A stretch of DNA of 64,000 bases, taken from Nemertoderma westbladi (Eukaryota; Animalia; Xenacoelomorpha). Under the pieces are notes generated by a model, which worked only from the letters and a program-made list of their open reading frames with translations, made no database searches and was not told the origin of the DNA. The stretch lies in the NCBI GenBank assembly GCA_032718475.1, contig JAUCBJ010008529.1, positions 1-64,000 on the forward strand, written 5' to 3'. Both the position numbers and the translations under genes were made by a program. Every line of letters begins with the position of its first letter. The stretch's first letter is position 1. Below, piece by piece: positions 38,501 to 53,000 of this stretch.

Positions 38501-41500
38501 ACTACAGCAATAAATTACTAAAGTTCATCCCTAGCAATAAGTTACTAAAGTTCAGACTACAGCAGTAAGTTACTAAAGTTCAGACTACAGCAGTAAATTA
38601 CTAAAGTTCATCCCTAGCAATAAGTTACTAAAGTTCAGACTACAGCAATAAATTACTAAAGTTCATCCCTAGCAATAAGTTACTAAAGTTTAGACTACAG
38701 CAGTAAATTACTAAAGTTCATCCCTAGCAATAAGTTACTAAAGTTCAGATTAAAGAAGTATGTTACTAAAGTACAGATTAAAGAAGTATGTTACTAAAGT
38801 TCAAAACTAAACCAGTGAGTTACTAAAGTTCATCCCTAGCAATGAGTTACTAAAGTTCAGATTAAAGAAGTATGTTACTAAAGTACAGATTAAAGAAGTA
38901 TGTTACTAAAGTTCAAAACTAAACCAGTGAGTTACTAAAGTTCATCCCTAGCAATGAGTTACTAAAGTTCAGATTAAAGAAGTATGTTACTAAAGTACAG
39001 ATTAAAGAAGTATGTTACTAAAGTACAGATTAAAGAAGTATGTTACTAAAGTTCAGATTAAAGAAGTATGTTACTAAAGTACAGATTAAAGAAGTATGTT
39101 ACTAAAGTTCAAAACTAAACCAGTGAGTTACTAAAGTTCATCCCTAGCAATGAGTTACTAAAGTTCAGATTAAAGAAGTATGTTACTAAAGTACAGATTA
39201 AAGAAGTATGTTACTAAAGTACAGATTAAAGAAGTATGTTACTAAAGTTCAGATTAAAGAAGTATGTTACTAAAGTTCAAAACTAAACCAGTGAGTTACT
39301 AAAGTTTATCCCTAGCAATAAGTTACTAAAGTTCATCCCTAGCAATAAGTTACTAAAGTTCAGACTACAGCAGTAAATTACTAAAGTTCATCCCTAGCAA
39401 TAAGTTACTAAAGTTCAGATTAAAGCAGTAAATTACTAAAGTTCATCCCTAGCAATAAGTTACTAAAGTTCAGACTACAGCAATAAATTACTAAAGTTCA
39501 TCCCTAGCAATAAGTTACTAAAGTTCAGACTACAGCAATAAATTACTAAAGTTCATCCCTAGCAATAAATTACTAAAGTTCAGATTAAAGCAGTAAATTA
39601 CTAAAGTTCATCCCTAGCAATAAGTTACTAAAGTTCAGACTACAGCAATAAATTACTAAAGTTCATCCCTAGCAATAAGTTACTAAAGTTCAGACTACAG
39701 CAATAAATTACTAAAGTTCATCCCTAGCAATAAGTTACTAAAGTTCAGATTAAAGCAGTAAATTACTAAAGTTCATCCCTAGCAATAAGTTACTAAAGTT
39801 CAGACTACAGCAATAAATTACTAAAGTTCATCCCTAGCAATAAGTTACTAAAGTTCAGACTACAGCAATAAATTACTAAAGTTCATCCCTAGCAATAAGT
39901 TACTAAAGTTCAGACTACAGCAATAAATTACTAAAGTTCATCCCTAGCAATAAGTTACTAAAGTTCAGACTACAGCAGTAAATTACTAAAGTTCATCCCT
40001 AGCAATAAGTTACTAAAGTTCAGACTACAGCAATAAATTACTAAAGTTCATCCCTAGCAATAAGTTACTAAAGTTCAGACTACAGCAGTAAGTTACTAAA
40101 GTACAGATTAAAGAAGTATGTTACTAAAGTACAGATTAAATAAGTATGTTACTAAAGTTCATCCCTAGCAATGAGTTACTAAAGTTCAGACTACAGCAGT
40201 AAATTACTAAAGTTCATCCCTAGCAATAAGTTACTAAAGTTCAGACTACAGCAATAAATTACTAAAGTTCATCCCTAGCAATAAGTTACTAAAGTTCAGA
40301 CTACAGCAGTAAGTTACTAAAGTTCAGACTACAGCAGTAAATTACTAAAGTTCATCCCTAGCAATAAGTTACTAAAGTTCAGACTACAGCAATAAATTAC
40401 TAAAGTTCATCCCTAGCAATAAGTTACTAAAGTTTAGACTACAGCAGTAAATTACTAAAGTTCATCCCTAGCAATAAGTTACTAAAGTTCAGATTAAAGA
40501 AGTATGTTACTAAAGTACAGATTAAAGAAGTATGTTACTAAAGTTCAAAACTAAACCAGTGAGTTACTAAAGTTCATCCCTAGCAATGAGTTACTAAAGT
40601 TCAGATTAAAGAAGTATGTTACTAAAGTACAGATTAAAGAAGTATGTTACTAAAGTTCAAAACTAAACCAGTGAGTTACTAAAGTTCATCCCTAGCAATG
40701 AGTTACTAAAGTTCAGATTAAAGAAGTATGTTACTAAAGTACAGATTAAAGAAGTATGTTACTAAAGTACAGATTAAAGAAGTATGTTACTAAAGTTCAG
40801 ATTAAAGAAGTATGTTACTAAAGTACAGATTAAAGAAGTATGTTACTAAAGTTCATCCCTAGCAATGAGTTACTAAAGTTCAGACTACAGCAGTAAATTA
40901 CTAAAGTTCATCCCTAGCAATAAGTTACTAAAGTTCAGACTACAGCAATAAATTACTAAAGTTCATCCCTAGCAATAAGTTACTAAAGTTCAGACTACAG
41001 CAGTAAATTACTAAAGTTCATCCCTAGCAATAAGTTACTAAAGTTCAGACTACAGCAGTAAGTTACTAAAGTTCAGACTACAGCAGTAAATTACTAAAGT
41101 TCATCCCTAGCAATAAGTTACTAAAGTTCAGACTACAGCAATAAATTACTAAAGTTCATCCCTAGCAATAAGTTACTAAAGTTCAGACTACAGCAATAAA
41201 TTACTAAAGTTCATCCCTAGCAATAAGTTACTAAAGTTCAGACTACAGCAGTAAGTTACTAAAGTTCAGACTACAGCAGTAAATTACTAAAGTTCATCCC
41301 TAGCAATAAGTTACTAAAGTTCATCCCTAGCAATAAGTTACTAAAGTTCAGACTACAGCAATAAATTACTAAAGTTCATCCCTAGCAATAAGTTACTAAA
41401 GTTCAGACTACAGCAATAAATTACTAAAGTTCATCCCTAGCAATAAGTTACTAAAGTTCAGACTACAGCAGTAAATTACTAAAGTTCATCCCTAGCAATA

Positions 41501-44500
41501 AGTTACTAAAGTACAGATTAAAGAAGTATGTTACTAAAGTACAGATTAAAGAAGTATGTTACTAAAGTTCAAAACTAAACCAGTGAGTTACTAAAGTTCA
41601 TCCCTAGCAATAAGTTACTAAAGTACAGATTAAAGAAGTATGTTACTAAAGTTCAAAACTAAACCAGTGAGTTACTAAAGTTCATCCCTAGCAATAAGTT
41701 ACTAAAGTACAGATTAAAGAAGTATGTTACTAAAGTTCAAAACTAAACCAGTGAGTTACTAAAGTTCATCCCTAGCAATAAGTTACTAAAGTACAGATTA
41801 AAGAAGTATGTTACTAAAGTACAGATTAAAGAAGTATGTTACTAAAGTTCAAAACTAAACCAGTGAGTTACTAAAGTTCATCCCTAGCAATAAATTACTA
41901 AAGTTCATCCCTAGCAATAAGTTACTAAAGTACAGATTAAAGAAGTATGTTACTAAAGTACAGATTAAAGAAGTATGTTACTAAAGTTCAAAACTAAACC
42001 AGTGAGTTACTAAAGTTCATCCCTAGCAATAAGTTACTAAAGTACAGATTAAAGAAGTATGTTACTAAAGTTCAAAACTAAACCAGTGAGTTACTAAAGT
42101 TCATCCCTAGCAATAAGTTACTAAAGTACAGATTAAAGAAGTATGTTACTAAAGTTCAAAACTAAACCAGTGAGTTACTAAAGTTCATCCCTAGCAATAA
42201 GTTACTAAAGTACAGATTAAAGAAGTATGTTACTAAAGTTCAAAACTAAACCAGTGAGTTACTAAAGTTCATCCCTAGCAATAAGTTACTAAAGTACAGA
42301 TTAAAGAAGTATGTTACTAAAGTACAGATTAAAGAAGTATGTTACTAAAGTTCAAAACTAAACCAGTGAGTTACTAAAGTTCATCCCTAGCAATAAATTA
42401 CTAAAGTTCATCCCTAGCAATAAGTTACTAAAGTACAGATTAAAGAAGTATGTTACTAAAGTACAGATTAAAGAAGTATGTTACTAAAGTTCAAAACTAA
42501 ACCAGTGAGTTACTAAAGTTCATCCCTAGCAATAAATTACTAAAGTTCATCCCTAGCAATAAGTTACTAAAGTTCAGACTACAGCAGTAAGTTACTAAAG
42601 TTCAGACTACAGCAGTAAATTACTAAAGTTCATCCCTAGCAATAAGTTACTAAAGTTCATCCCTAGCAATAAGTTACTAAAGTTCAGACTACAGCAATAA
42701 ATTACTAAAGTTCATCCCTAGCAATAAGTTACTAAAGTTCAGACTACAGCAATAAATTACTAAAGTTCATCCCTAGCAATAAGTTACTAAAGTTCAGACT
42801 ACAGCAGTAAATTACTAAAGTTCATCCCTAGCAATAAGTTACTAAAGTACAGATTAAAGAAGTATGTTACTAAAGTACAGATTAAAGAAGTATGTTACTA
42901 AAGTTCAAAACTAAACCAGTGAGTTACTAAAGTTCATCCCTAGCAATAAGTTACTAAAGTACAGATTAAAGAAGTATGTTACTAAAGTTCAAAACTAAAC
43001 CAGTGAGTTACTAAAGTTCATCCCTAGCAATAAGTTACTAAAGTACAGATTAAAGAAGTATGTTACTAAAGTTCAAAACTAAACCAGTGAGTTACTAAAG
43101 TTCATCCCTAGCAATAAGTTACTAAAGTACAGATTAAAGAAGTATGTTACTAAAGTACAGATTAAAGAAGTATGTTACTAAAGTTCAAAACTAAACCAGT
43201 GAGTTACTAAAGTTCATCCCTAGCAATAAGTTACTAAAGTACAGATTAAAGAAGTATGTTACTAAAGTACAGATTAAAGAAGTATGTTACTAAAGTTCAA
43301 AACTAAACCAGTGAGTTACTAAAGTTCATCCCTAGCAATAAATTACTAAAGTACAGATTAAAGAAGTATGTTACTAAAGTACAGATTAAAGAAGTATGTT
43401 ACTAAAGTTCAAAACTAAACCAGTGAGTTACTAAAGTTCATCCCTAGCAATAAGTTACTAAAGTTCATCCCTAGCAATAAGTTACTAAAGTTCATCCCTA
43501 GCAATAAGTTACTAAAGTTCAACGCCGTCAGTAAGTTAATAAAATGCACCCCAGTCATTGAGTTACTAAAGTTCAGACTACAGCAGTAAATTACTAAAAT
43601 TCACCCCTAGCAATAAGTTACTTAAGTTCAGACTACAGCAGTAAATTACTAAAGTTCATCCCTAGCATAAGTTACTAAAGTTCAGACTACAGCAGTAAAT
43701 TACTAAAGTTCATCCCTATCAATAAGTTACTAAAGTTCATCCCTAGCAATAAGTTACTAAAGTTCAGACTACAGCAGTAAATTACTAAAGTTCATCCCTA
43801 GCAATAAGTTACTAAAGTTCAGACTACAGCAGTAAATTACTAAAGTTCATCCCTAGCAATAAGTTACTAAAGTTCAGACTACAGCAGTAAATTACTAAAG
43901 TTCATCCCTATCAATAAGTTACTAAAGTTCATCCCTAGCAATAAGTTACTAAAGTTCAGACTACAGCAGTAAATTACTAAAGTTCATCCCTATCAATAAG
44001 TTACTAAAGTTCAGACTACAGCAGTAAATTACTAAAGTTCATCCCTAGCAATAAGTTACTAAAGTTCATCCCTAGCAATAAGTTACTAAAGTTCAGACTA
44101 CAGCAATAAGTTACTAAAGTTCAGATTAAAGCAGTAAGTTACTAAAGTACAGATTAAAGAAGTATGTTACTAAAGTTCAAAACTAAACCAGTGAGTTACT
44201 AAAGTTCATCCCTAGCAATAAGTTACTAAAGTTCATCCCTAGCAATAAGTTACTAAAGTTCAGACTACAGCAGTAAATTACTAAAGTTCATCCCTAGCAA
44301 TAAGTTACTAAAGTTCAGACTACAGCAGTAAATTACTAAAGTTCATCCCTAGCATAAGTTACTAAAGTTCAGACTACAGCAGTAAATTACTAAAGTTCAT
44401 CCCTATCAATAAGTTACTAAAGTTCATCCCTAGCAATAAGTTACTAAAGTTCAGACTACAGCAGTAAATTACTAAAGTTCATCCCTAGCAATAAGTTACT

Positions 44501-47500
44501 AAAGTTCAGACTACAGCAGTAAATTACTAAAGTTCATCCCTATCAATAAGTTACTAAAGTTCAGACTACAGCAGTAAATTACTAAAGTTCATCCCTATCA
44601 ATAAGTTACTAAAGTTCAGACTACAGCAGTAAATTACTAAAGTTCAGACTACAGCAGTAAATTACTAAAGTTCATCCCTAGCAATAAGTTACTAAAGTTC
44701 ATCCCTAGCAATAAGTTACTAAAGTTCATCCCTAGCAATAAGTTACAAAAGTTCAGACTACAGCAGTAAATTACTAAAGTTCATCCCTAGCAATAAGTTA
44801 CTAAAGTTCATCCCTAGCAATAAGTTACTAAAGTTCATCCCTAGCAGTAAATTACTAAAGTTCATCCCTAGCAATAAGTTACTAAAGTTCATCCCTATCA
44901 ATAAGTTGCTAAAGTTCAGACTACAGCAGTAAATTACTAAAGTTCATCCCTAGCAATAAGTTACTAAAGTTCAGACTACAGCAGTAAATTACTAAAGTTC
45001 ATCCCTAGCAATAAGTTACTAAAGTTCATCCCTAGCAATAAGTTACTAAAGTTCAACGCCGTCAGTAAGTTAATAAAATGCACCCCAGTCATTGAGTTAC
45101 TAAAGTTCAGACTACAGCAGTAAATTACTAAAATTCACCCCTAGCAATAAGTTACTTAAGTTCAGACTACAGCAGTAAATTACTAAAGTTCATCCCTAGC
45201 ATAAGTTACTAAAGTTCAGACTACAGCAGTAAATTACTAAAGTTCATCCCTATCAATAAGTTACTAAAGTTCATCCCTAGCAATGAGTTACTAAAGTTCA
45301 GACTACAGCAGTAAATTACTAAAGTTCATCCCTAGCAATAAGTTACTAAAGTTCAGATTAAAGCAGTAAGTTACTAAAGTACAGATTAAAGAAGTATGTT
45401 ACTAAAGTTCAAAACTAAACCAGTGAGTTACTAAAGTTCATCCCTAGCAATAAGTTACTAAAGTTCAACGCCGTCAGTAAGTTAATAAAATGCACCCCAG
45501 TCATTGAGTTACTAAAGTTCAGACTACAGCAGTAAATTACTAAAATTCACCCCTAGCAATAAGTTACTTAAGTTCAGACTACAGCAGTAAATTACTAAAG
45601 TTCATCCCTAGCATAAGTTACTAAACTTCAGACTACAGCAGTAAATTACTAAAGTTCATCCCTATCAATAAGTTACTAAAGTTCATCCCTAGCAATAAGT
45701 TACTAAAGTTCAGACTACAGCAGTAAATTACTAAAGTTCATCCCTAGCAATAAGTTACTAAAGTTCAGACTACAGCAGTAAATTACTAAAGTTCATCCCT
45801 ATCAATAAGTTACTAAAGTTCAGACTACAGCAGTAAATTACTAAAGTTCATCCCTATCAATAAGTTACTAAAGTTCAGACTACAGCAGTAAATTACTAAA
45901 GTTCATCCCTAGCAATAAGTTACTAAAGTTCAGACTACAGCAGTAAATTACTAAAGTTCATCCCTAGCAATAAGTTACTAAAGTTCATCCCTAGCAATAA
46001 GTTACTAAAGTTCATCCCTAGCAGTAAATTACTAAAGTTCATCCCTAGCAATAAGTTACTAAAGTTCATCCCTATCAATAAGTTGCTAAAGTTCAGACTA
46101 CAGCAGTAAATTACTAAAGTTCATCCCTAGCAATAAGTTACTAAAGTTTAGACTACAGCAGTAAGTTACTAAAGTTCAAAACTAAACCAGTGAGTTACTA
46201 AAGTTCAGACTACAGCAGTAAATTACTAAAGTTTATCCCTAGCAATAAGTTACTAAAGTTTAGACTACAGCAGTAAATTACTAAAGTTTATCCCTAGCAA
46301 TAAGTTACTAAAGTTCAGACTACAGTAGTAAATTACTAAAGTTCATCCCTAGAAATAAGTTACTAAAGTTCAGACTACAGCAGTAAATTACTAAAGTTCA
46401 TCCCTAGCAATAAGTTACTAAAGTTCAGACTACAGCAGTAAATTACTAAAGTTCATCCCTATCAATAAGTTACTAAAGTTCAGACTACAGCAGTAAGTTT
46501 CTAAAGTTCAAAACTAAACCAGTGATTTACTAAAGTTCAGACTACAGCAGTAAATTACTAAAGTTCATTCCTAGCAATAAGTTACTAAAGTTCAACACCG
46601 TCAGTAAGTTAATAAAATGCATCCCAGTCATGAAGTTCCTAAAGTTCAGACTAAAGCAGTAAGTTACTAAATTTCAGACTAAAGCTGTAAGTTAATAAAG
46701 TTTATCCCACTCAGTAAGTTACTAAAGTTCAGACTAGAGCAGTAAGTTACTAAAGTTCATTCCACTCAGTAAATTACTAAAGTTCAGACTAAAATTGGAA
46801 GTTACGAAAGTTTATCCAAGACAGTAAGTCACTAAAGATTAAAGCAGTAAGTTACTATAGTTCAGACTAAAGCAGTAAGTTACTGAATTTCAGACTAAAG
46901 CAGTAAGTTAGTAAAGTTCAGACTAATGCAGTAAGTTACTAAAGTTAATCCCAATCAGTAAGTTACTATAGTTCAGACTAAAGCAGTAAGTTACTGAATT
47001 TCAGACTAAAGCAGTAAGTTAGTAAAGTTCAGCCTAAAGCAGTAAATTACTAAAGTTCAGACTAAAATTGGAAGTTACGAAGGTTTATCCAAGACAGTAA
47101 GTTACTAAAGATTAAAGCAGTAAGTTACTAAAGTTCAGACTAAAGCAGTAAGTTACTAAAGTTTACACTAAAGCAGTAAGTTGCAAAAGTTCTTCCAAAG
47201 CAGTAAGTTACTAAAGTTCACACTAAAGCAGTAAGTTACTAAAATTCAGACTAAAGCAGTAAGTTACTAAAGTTCAGATCAAAGGAGTAAGTTACCAAAG
47301 TTCGGACTAAAGCAGTAAGTTACTAAAGTTCAGACTAAAGCAGTAAGTTACTAAAGTTCAGACTAAACTGTAGTAAGTTACTAAAGTTCAGACTAAAGCA
47401 GTAAGTTACTAAAATTCAGACTAAAGCAGTAAGTTACTAAAGTTGAGACTAAAAGAGTAAGTTACCAAAGTTCAGACTAAAGCAGTAAGTTACTAAAGTT

Positions 47501-47854
47501 CAAACTAAACTGCAGTAAGTTACTAAAGTTCTCACTAAAGCAGTAAGTTACTAAAATTCAGACAAAAGCAGTAAGTTACTAACGTTCAGACTAAAAGAGT
47601 AAGTTACTAAAGTTCTGACTAAAAGAGTAAGTTACCAAAGTTCAGACTGAAGCAGTAAGTTACTAAAGTTCAGACTAAACTGCAGTAAGTTACTAAAGTT
47701 CACACCAAAGCAGTAAGTTACTAAAATTCAGACTAAAGCAGTAAGTTACTAAAGTTCAGACTAAAAGAGTAAGTTACCAAAGTTCAGACTAAAGCAGTAA
47801 GTTACTAAAGTTCAGACTAAACTGCAGTAAGTTACTGAAGTTCAGACTAAAGCA
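26565..47854. repeat. 21.3 kb complex intronic satellite of 27-29 bp monomers (roughly 770 units)
   Basis: Shared core TTACTAAAGTTCA. Main types are A TTCAGACTACAGCAGTAAATTACTAAAG (28) and B TTCATCCCTAGCAATAAGTTACTAAAG (27). Minor types include TACAGATTAAAGAAGTATGTTACTAAAG and TTCAAAACTAAACCAGTGAGTTACTAAAG. Confidence 0.98.
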
Positions 47855-47940
47855 TATTAAAGTCCATCCATAAACGAGCGATTGGAGTAGGACATTAAAG
47901 CTCAGTATATATACTTGTGCCTCATATATTTCTTCCATAG

Positions 47941-48185
47941 AAACCCCCTATTCTCTTCGGAGACGATCCGGAGGACACGAAGATATCTAACGTTACCATG
48001 GTAGCGAATAAACGAACGCTGTTTGACGCCTTCCAGGACATCGAACAATGGGACCCGTACGGGGTCGCGTCCTTCGATTTGTCTTCATTCCTTAGAGGAG
48101 AGCGCATTCTCGATGTATCCTCTCTTATACACAGCTGTCCAATACCTGACGTGTTGGGAAAGGAAGGTCGTAGGAAAGACGGAAG
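47941..48185 (+). CDS. CFAP92: CFAP92-like exon G (phase 0-2)
   Basis: TTCCATAG acceptor and AAG|GTAGGC donor. Reads KPPILFGDDPED...WDPYGVASFDLSSFLRGERILDVSSLIHSCP, in frame with exon F across a 21,376 bp intron. Confidence 0.87.
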
Positions 48186-49829
48186 GTAGGCCACCTATAC
48201 GGTATGTAGATTATAACGAACCTGCCTATTAATAGGCCAGGGTAGTTCTTGTCAAGAGTTGAGCCGTTCAAAAACACGATGTGGTTGTGTATGTGTGTAT
48301 GTATAACCCTCCAATATCTCAAAAACTCAAGCAGGTACGCAAAAATTTTAATAACAAACTCTACATAAATTTTGGTTGCGCACAAGACTGTATATTTTTT
48401 GTGGCGTTTCGATCACGGGATCACTGAAAAATAGCGGTTTTGAAAATTTAATGTCGAATTTCACCGATTTCAACTCGTCGAGTATGCACCAACTTTTTTA
48501 TTTGGCCTATTCAGTCATTTGAGCAACATATTTGTGCCTCAGAATCTTTTCAAATATCGCCAATCTCGCACAGAACGTCGCCAAAATTTGTTAGTCCAGC
48601 AAAAAAAACGCACAAATTCGTCTAAAATAAAAAATTATTTAGTTGCAGAATAATATGATTAAACTAGAAAAGCCAGTAAGCTAGCTGGCTATAATGATAC
48701 CGTCCATAGACAAACGTAGTGTTAGTTGGGTCCCTCCTCATTCATTATCATCAACCTATAAACCATTTAAACGGCCCAGAGCTTACAATTCAATTACCTG
48801 GCCTCCCATCTACAGTAACATAGCAGTGAGTAACCTTATAGATTATTGTCATAGGATTCACTGGGAAGAGCTATTCATCTGGTGGGGTAATACATAATAC
48901 AAACTTACAGTTGATGTTTGATTACTGTCTGGGTTAGAGTGAGATAGTAATAAATTTGGCAAGTAATATACTTCTCTGCAGTTTGGGCTATCCATTCAAT
49001 AAATAGTAGTAGCTTACTAGGCCCTCATGAGTACCAGCAACTGGTGTTTCTATCGTTGAGTTGATGGCAATTTTCGTGTTTCCATTTTCGCTCACTCAGG
49101 GTACTGCGGTTCTGATTTGAGGGGCAGGTTCGTTTAAAGCCAGCTTGCTGGCTTTCTAGTAAAATGTGTAATACAGTTAGTAGACCGCCTGCCTAAGAAC
49201 TATAGATGTTTGTCTGTGCAGAATATAATTATTCAACGTTCATAGTTCACTCGTGCCAAATTTCAGATAAACCTGATGGTTTGGTTCCATATTTATAGCT
49301 ACTTCTAGGTTTCTTACAATTCGTCTGCTAGCGGCCGTCAGGTATTATAGAAGTCTGTCTGCATGTAGAATTTCTAAACTTTTGATAGACTACATGTGTC
49401 CCAAGTTTGGTTCCATTTCTTCAAAGATTGACCGATTTATTAGCGTTCAAACGACTCCAACGACGACAGATGGTCCAGTAATTGTTCCGCTGCGAAAAGG
49501 TTCACCTGTCTTCGCGGCTCTCCCCAAATAAACAATTCTAACTGCAATATATTTGATTTAAATATAGTAGCCCGGTATTTCACTCTAGTTTGTATTTCAC
49601 CATTTCTATCACAGTATTTCAAACATTTGTAACCTGTGTTATTTTTTGTTATCCAATCTCATTAATTGTTTTCGTTAGAAATAACATTGGTGATGCCGAC
49701 CGGAAACCTAGTAGTTATACTGGTTAATTACGATTTACATCAATAGTCTCCCTACCCTATGACCTATGAGTTTGCAGAAGTACGGGGAAACAAAAAAAAA
49801 GATTACAAAACTGGCCGCTCAGGGCCGCC

Positions 49830-49945
49830 ATACCCACACCGCCACACCGCCACACCGCCGCACCTCCACACCGCCGCCACACACACACACCGCCGCCACA
49901 CACATACACCGCCACCACACACACACACACACCGCCACACCACGC
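49830..49945. repeat. CA/CCG-rich low-complexity repeat
   Basis: CACACCGC and (CA)n runs. Confidence 0.7.
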
Positions 49946-50080
49946 CTCTACATTTTATGTTGAAAAGTGACACAATGAAGTTTAGGACGGTCGCGATGAG
50001 TCATTGTTCATGAGCTTTCAATTTTGGAATCTTTTGCTACGAATATTAACTGAATCTGGAACTTTTCAACACGTTTAATC

Positions 50081-53000
50081 GTATCTATTTATATCGCAAT
50101 GTACAGCTGTATCTATTTATATCGCTATGTACAGCTGTATCTATTTATATCTCGATGTACAGCTGTATCTATTTATATCGCTATGTACAGCTGTAACTAT
50201 TTATATCTCGATGTACAACTGTATCTATTTATATCGCGATGTACAGCTGTATCTATTTATATCGCTATGTACAGCTGTATCTATTTATATCGCTATGTAC
50301 AGCTGTATCTATTTATATCGCTATGTACAGCTGTATCTATTTATATCTCGATGTACAGCTGTATCTATTTATATCGCTATGTACAGCTGTAACTATTTAT
50401 ATCTCGATGTACAACTGTATCTATTTATATCTCGATGTACAGCTGTATCTATTTATATCGCTATGTACAGCTGTAACTATTTATATCTCGATGTACAGCT
50501 GTATCTATTTATATCGCGATGTACAGCTGTATCTATTTATATCGCTATGTACAGCTGTATCTATTTATATCTCGATGTACAGCTGTATCTATTTATATCG
50601 CTATGTACAGCTGTAACTATTTATATCTCGATGTACAACTGTATCTATTTATATCGCTCTGTACAGCTGTATCTATTTATATCGATATGTACAGCTGTAT
50701 CTATTTATATCGCGATGTACAGCTGTATCTATTTATATCGCTATGTACAGCTGTATCTATTTATATCGCTATGTACAGCTGTATCTATTTATATCTCGAT
50801 GTACAGCTGTATCTATTTATATCGCGATGTACAGCTGTATCTATTTATATCGCGATGTACAGCTGTATCTATTTATATCGCGATGTACAACTGTATCTAT
50901 TTATATCGCTATGTACAGCTGTATCTATTTATATCGATATGTACAGCTGTATCTATTTATATCTCTATGTACAACTGTATCTATTTATATCGCGATGTAC
51001 AGCTGTATCTATTTATATCGCTATGTACAGCTGTATCTATTTATATCGCTATGTACAGCTGTATCTATTTATATCGCTATGTACAGCTGTATCTATTTAT
51101 ATCTCGATGTACAGCTGTATCTATTTATATCGCGATGTACAGCTGTATTTATTTATATCGCGATGTACAGCTGTATCTATTTATATCGCGATGTACAGCT
51201 GTATCTATTTATATCGCGATGTACAGCTGTATCTTTTTATATCGCGATGTACAGCTGTATCTATTTATATCGATATGTACAGCTGTATCTATTTATATCG
51301 ATATGTACAGCTGTATCTATTTATATCGCTATGTACAGCTGTATCTATTTATATCGCTATGTACAGCTGTATCTATTTATATCGAGATATACAGCTGTAT
51401 CTATTTATATCTCGATGTACAGCTGTATCTATCTATGTCGCGATGTACAGCTGTATCTATTTATATCGATATGTACAGCTGTATCTATTTATATCGCTAT
51501 GTACAGCTGTATCTATTTATATCGAGATATACAGCTGTATCTATTTATATCGCTATGTACAGCTGTATCTATCTATATCGCGATGTACAGCTGTATCTAT
51601 TTATATCGATATGTACAGCTGTATCTATTTATATCGCTATGTACAGCTGTATCTATTTATATCGCTATGTACAGCTGTATCTATTTATATCGTTATGTAC
51701 AGCTGTATCTATTTATATCGCTATGTACAGCTGTATCTATTTATATCGTTATGTACAGCTGTATCTATTTATATCGCTATGTACAGCTGTATCTATCTAT
51801 ATCGCGATGTACAGCTGTATCTATTTATATCGATATGTACAGCTGTATCTATTTATATCGCTATGTACAGCTGTATCTATTTATATCGCGATGTACAGCT
51901 GTATCTATTTATATCGATATGTACAGCTGTATCTATTTATATCGCTATGTACAGCTGTATCTATTTATATCGCGATGTACAGCTGTATCTATTTATATCG
52001 ATATGTACAGCTGTATCTATTTATAACGCGATATACAGCTGTATCTATTTATATTGATATGTACAGCTGTATCTATTTATATCTCGATGTACAGCTGTAT
52101 CTATTTATATCGCGATGTACAGCTGTATCTATTTATATCTCGATGTACAGCTGTATCTATTTATATCGCGATGTACAGCTGTATCTATTTATATCGCTAT
52201 GTACAGCTGTATCTATTTATATCGATATGTACAGCTGTATCTATTTATATCGATATGTACAGCTGTATCTATTTATATCGCGATATACAGCTGTATCTCT
52301 TTATATCGCGATGTACAGCTGTATCTATTTATATCGCGATGTACAGCTGTATCTATTTATATCGCTATGTACAGCTGTATCTATTTATATCGATATGTAC
52401 AGCTGTATCTATTTATATCGCGATGTACAGCTGTATCTATTTATATCGCTATGTACAGCGATATCTATTTATATCGCGATGTACAGCTGTATCTATTTAT
52501 ATCGCGATGTACAGCTGTATATATTTATATCTCGATGTACAGCTGTATCTATTTATATCGCGATGTACAGCTGTATCTATTTATATCGCGATGTACAGCT
52601 GTATCTATTTATATCGCGATGTACAGCTGTATCTATTTATATCGCGGTTTACATCTGTATCTATTTATATCTCGATGTACAGCTGTATCTATTTATATCG
52701 CGATGTACAGCTGTATCTATTTATATCGCGATGTACAGCTGTATCTATTTATATCGCGATGTACAGCTGTATCTATTTATATCGCTATGTACAGCTGTAT
52801 CTATTTATATCGCGATGTACAGCTGTAACTATTTATATCGCTATGTACAGCTGTATCTATCTATATCGCGATGTACAGCTGTATCTATTTATATCGCTAT
52901 GTACAGCTGTATCTATTTATATCTCGATGTACAGCTGTATCTATTTATATCTCGATGTACAGCTGTATCTATTTATATCGCGATGTACAACTGTATCTAT

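Noticed and set aside
26565-47854. CRISPR-like look (constant TTACTAAAG core with variable segments)
   Set aside because: The variable parts are only a few recurring ~15 nt types, not unique spacers. There are no cas genes and the context is a eukaryotic intron.
48240-50080. Possible further CFAP92 exon or a non-autonomous transposon
   Set aside because: No ORF with a family motif and compatible splice phase. Some MITE-like texture (TGTA microsatellite) is present, but there are no definable termini or TSD.
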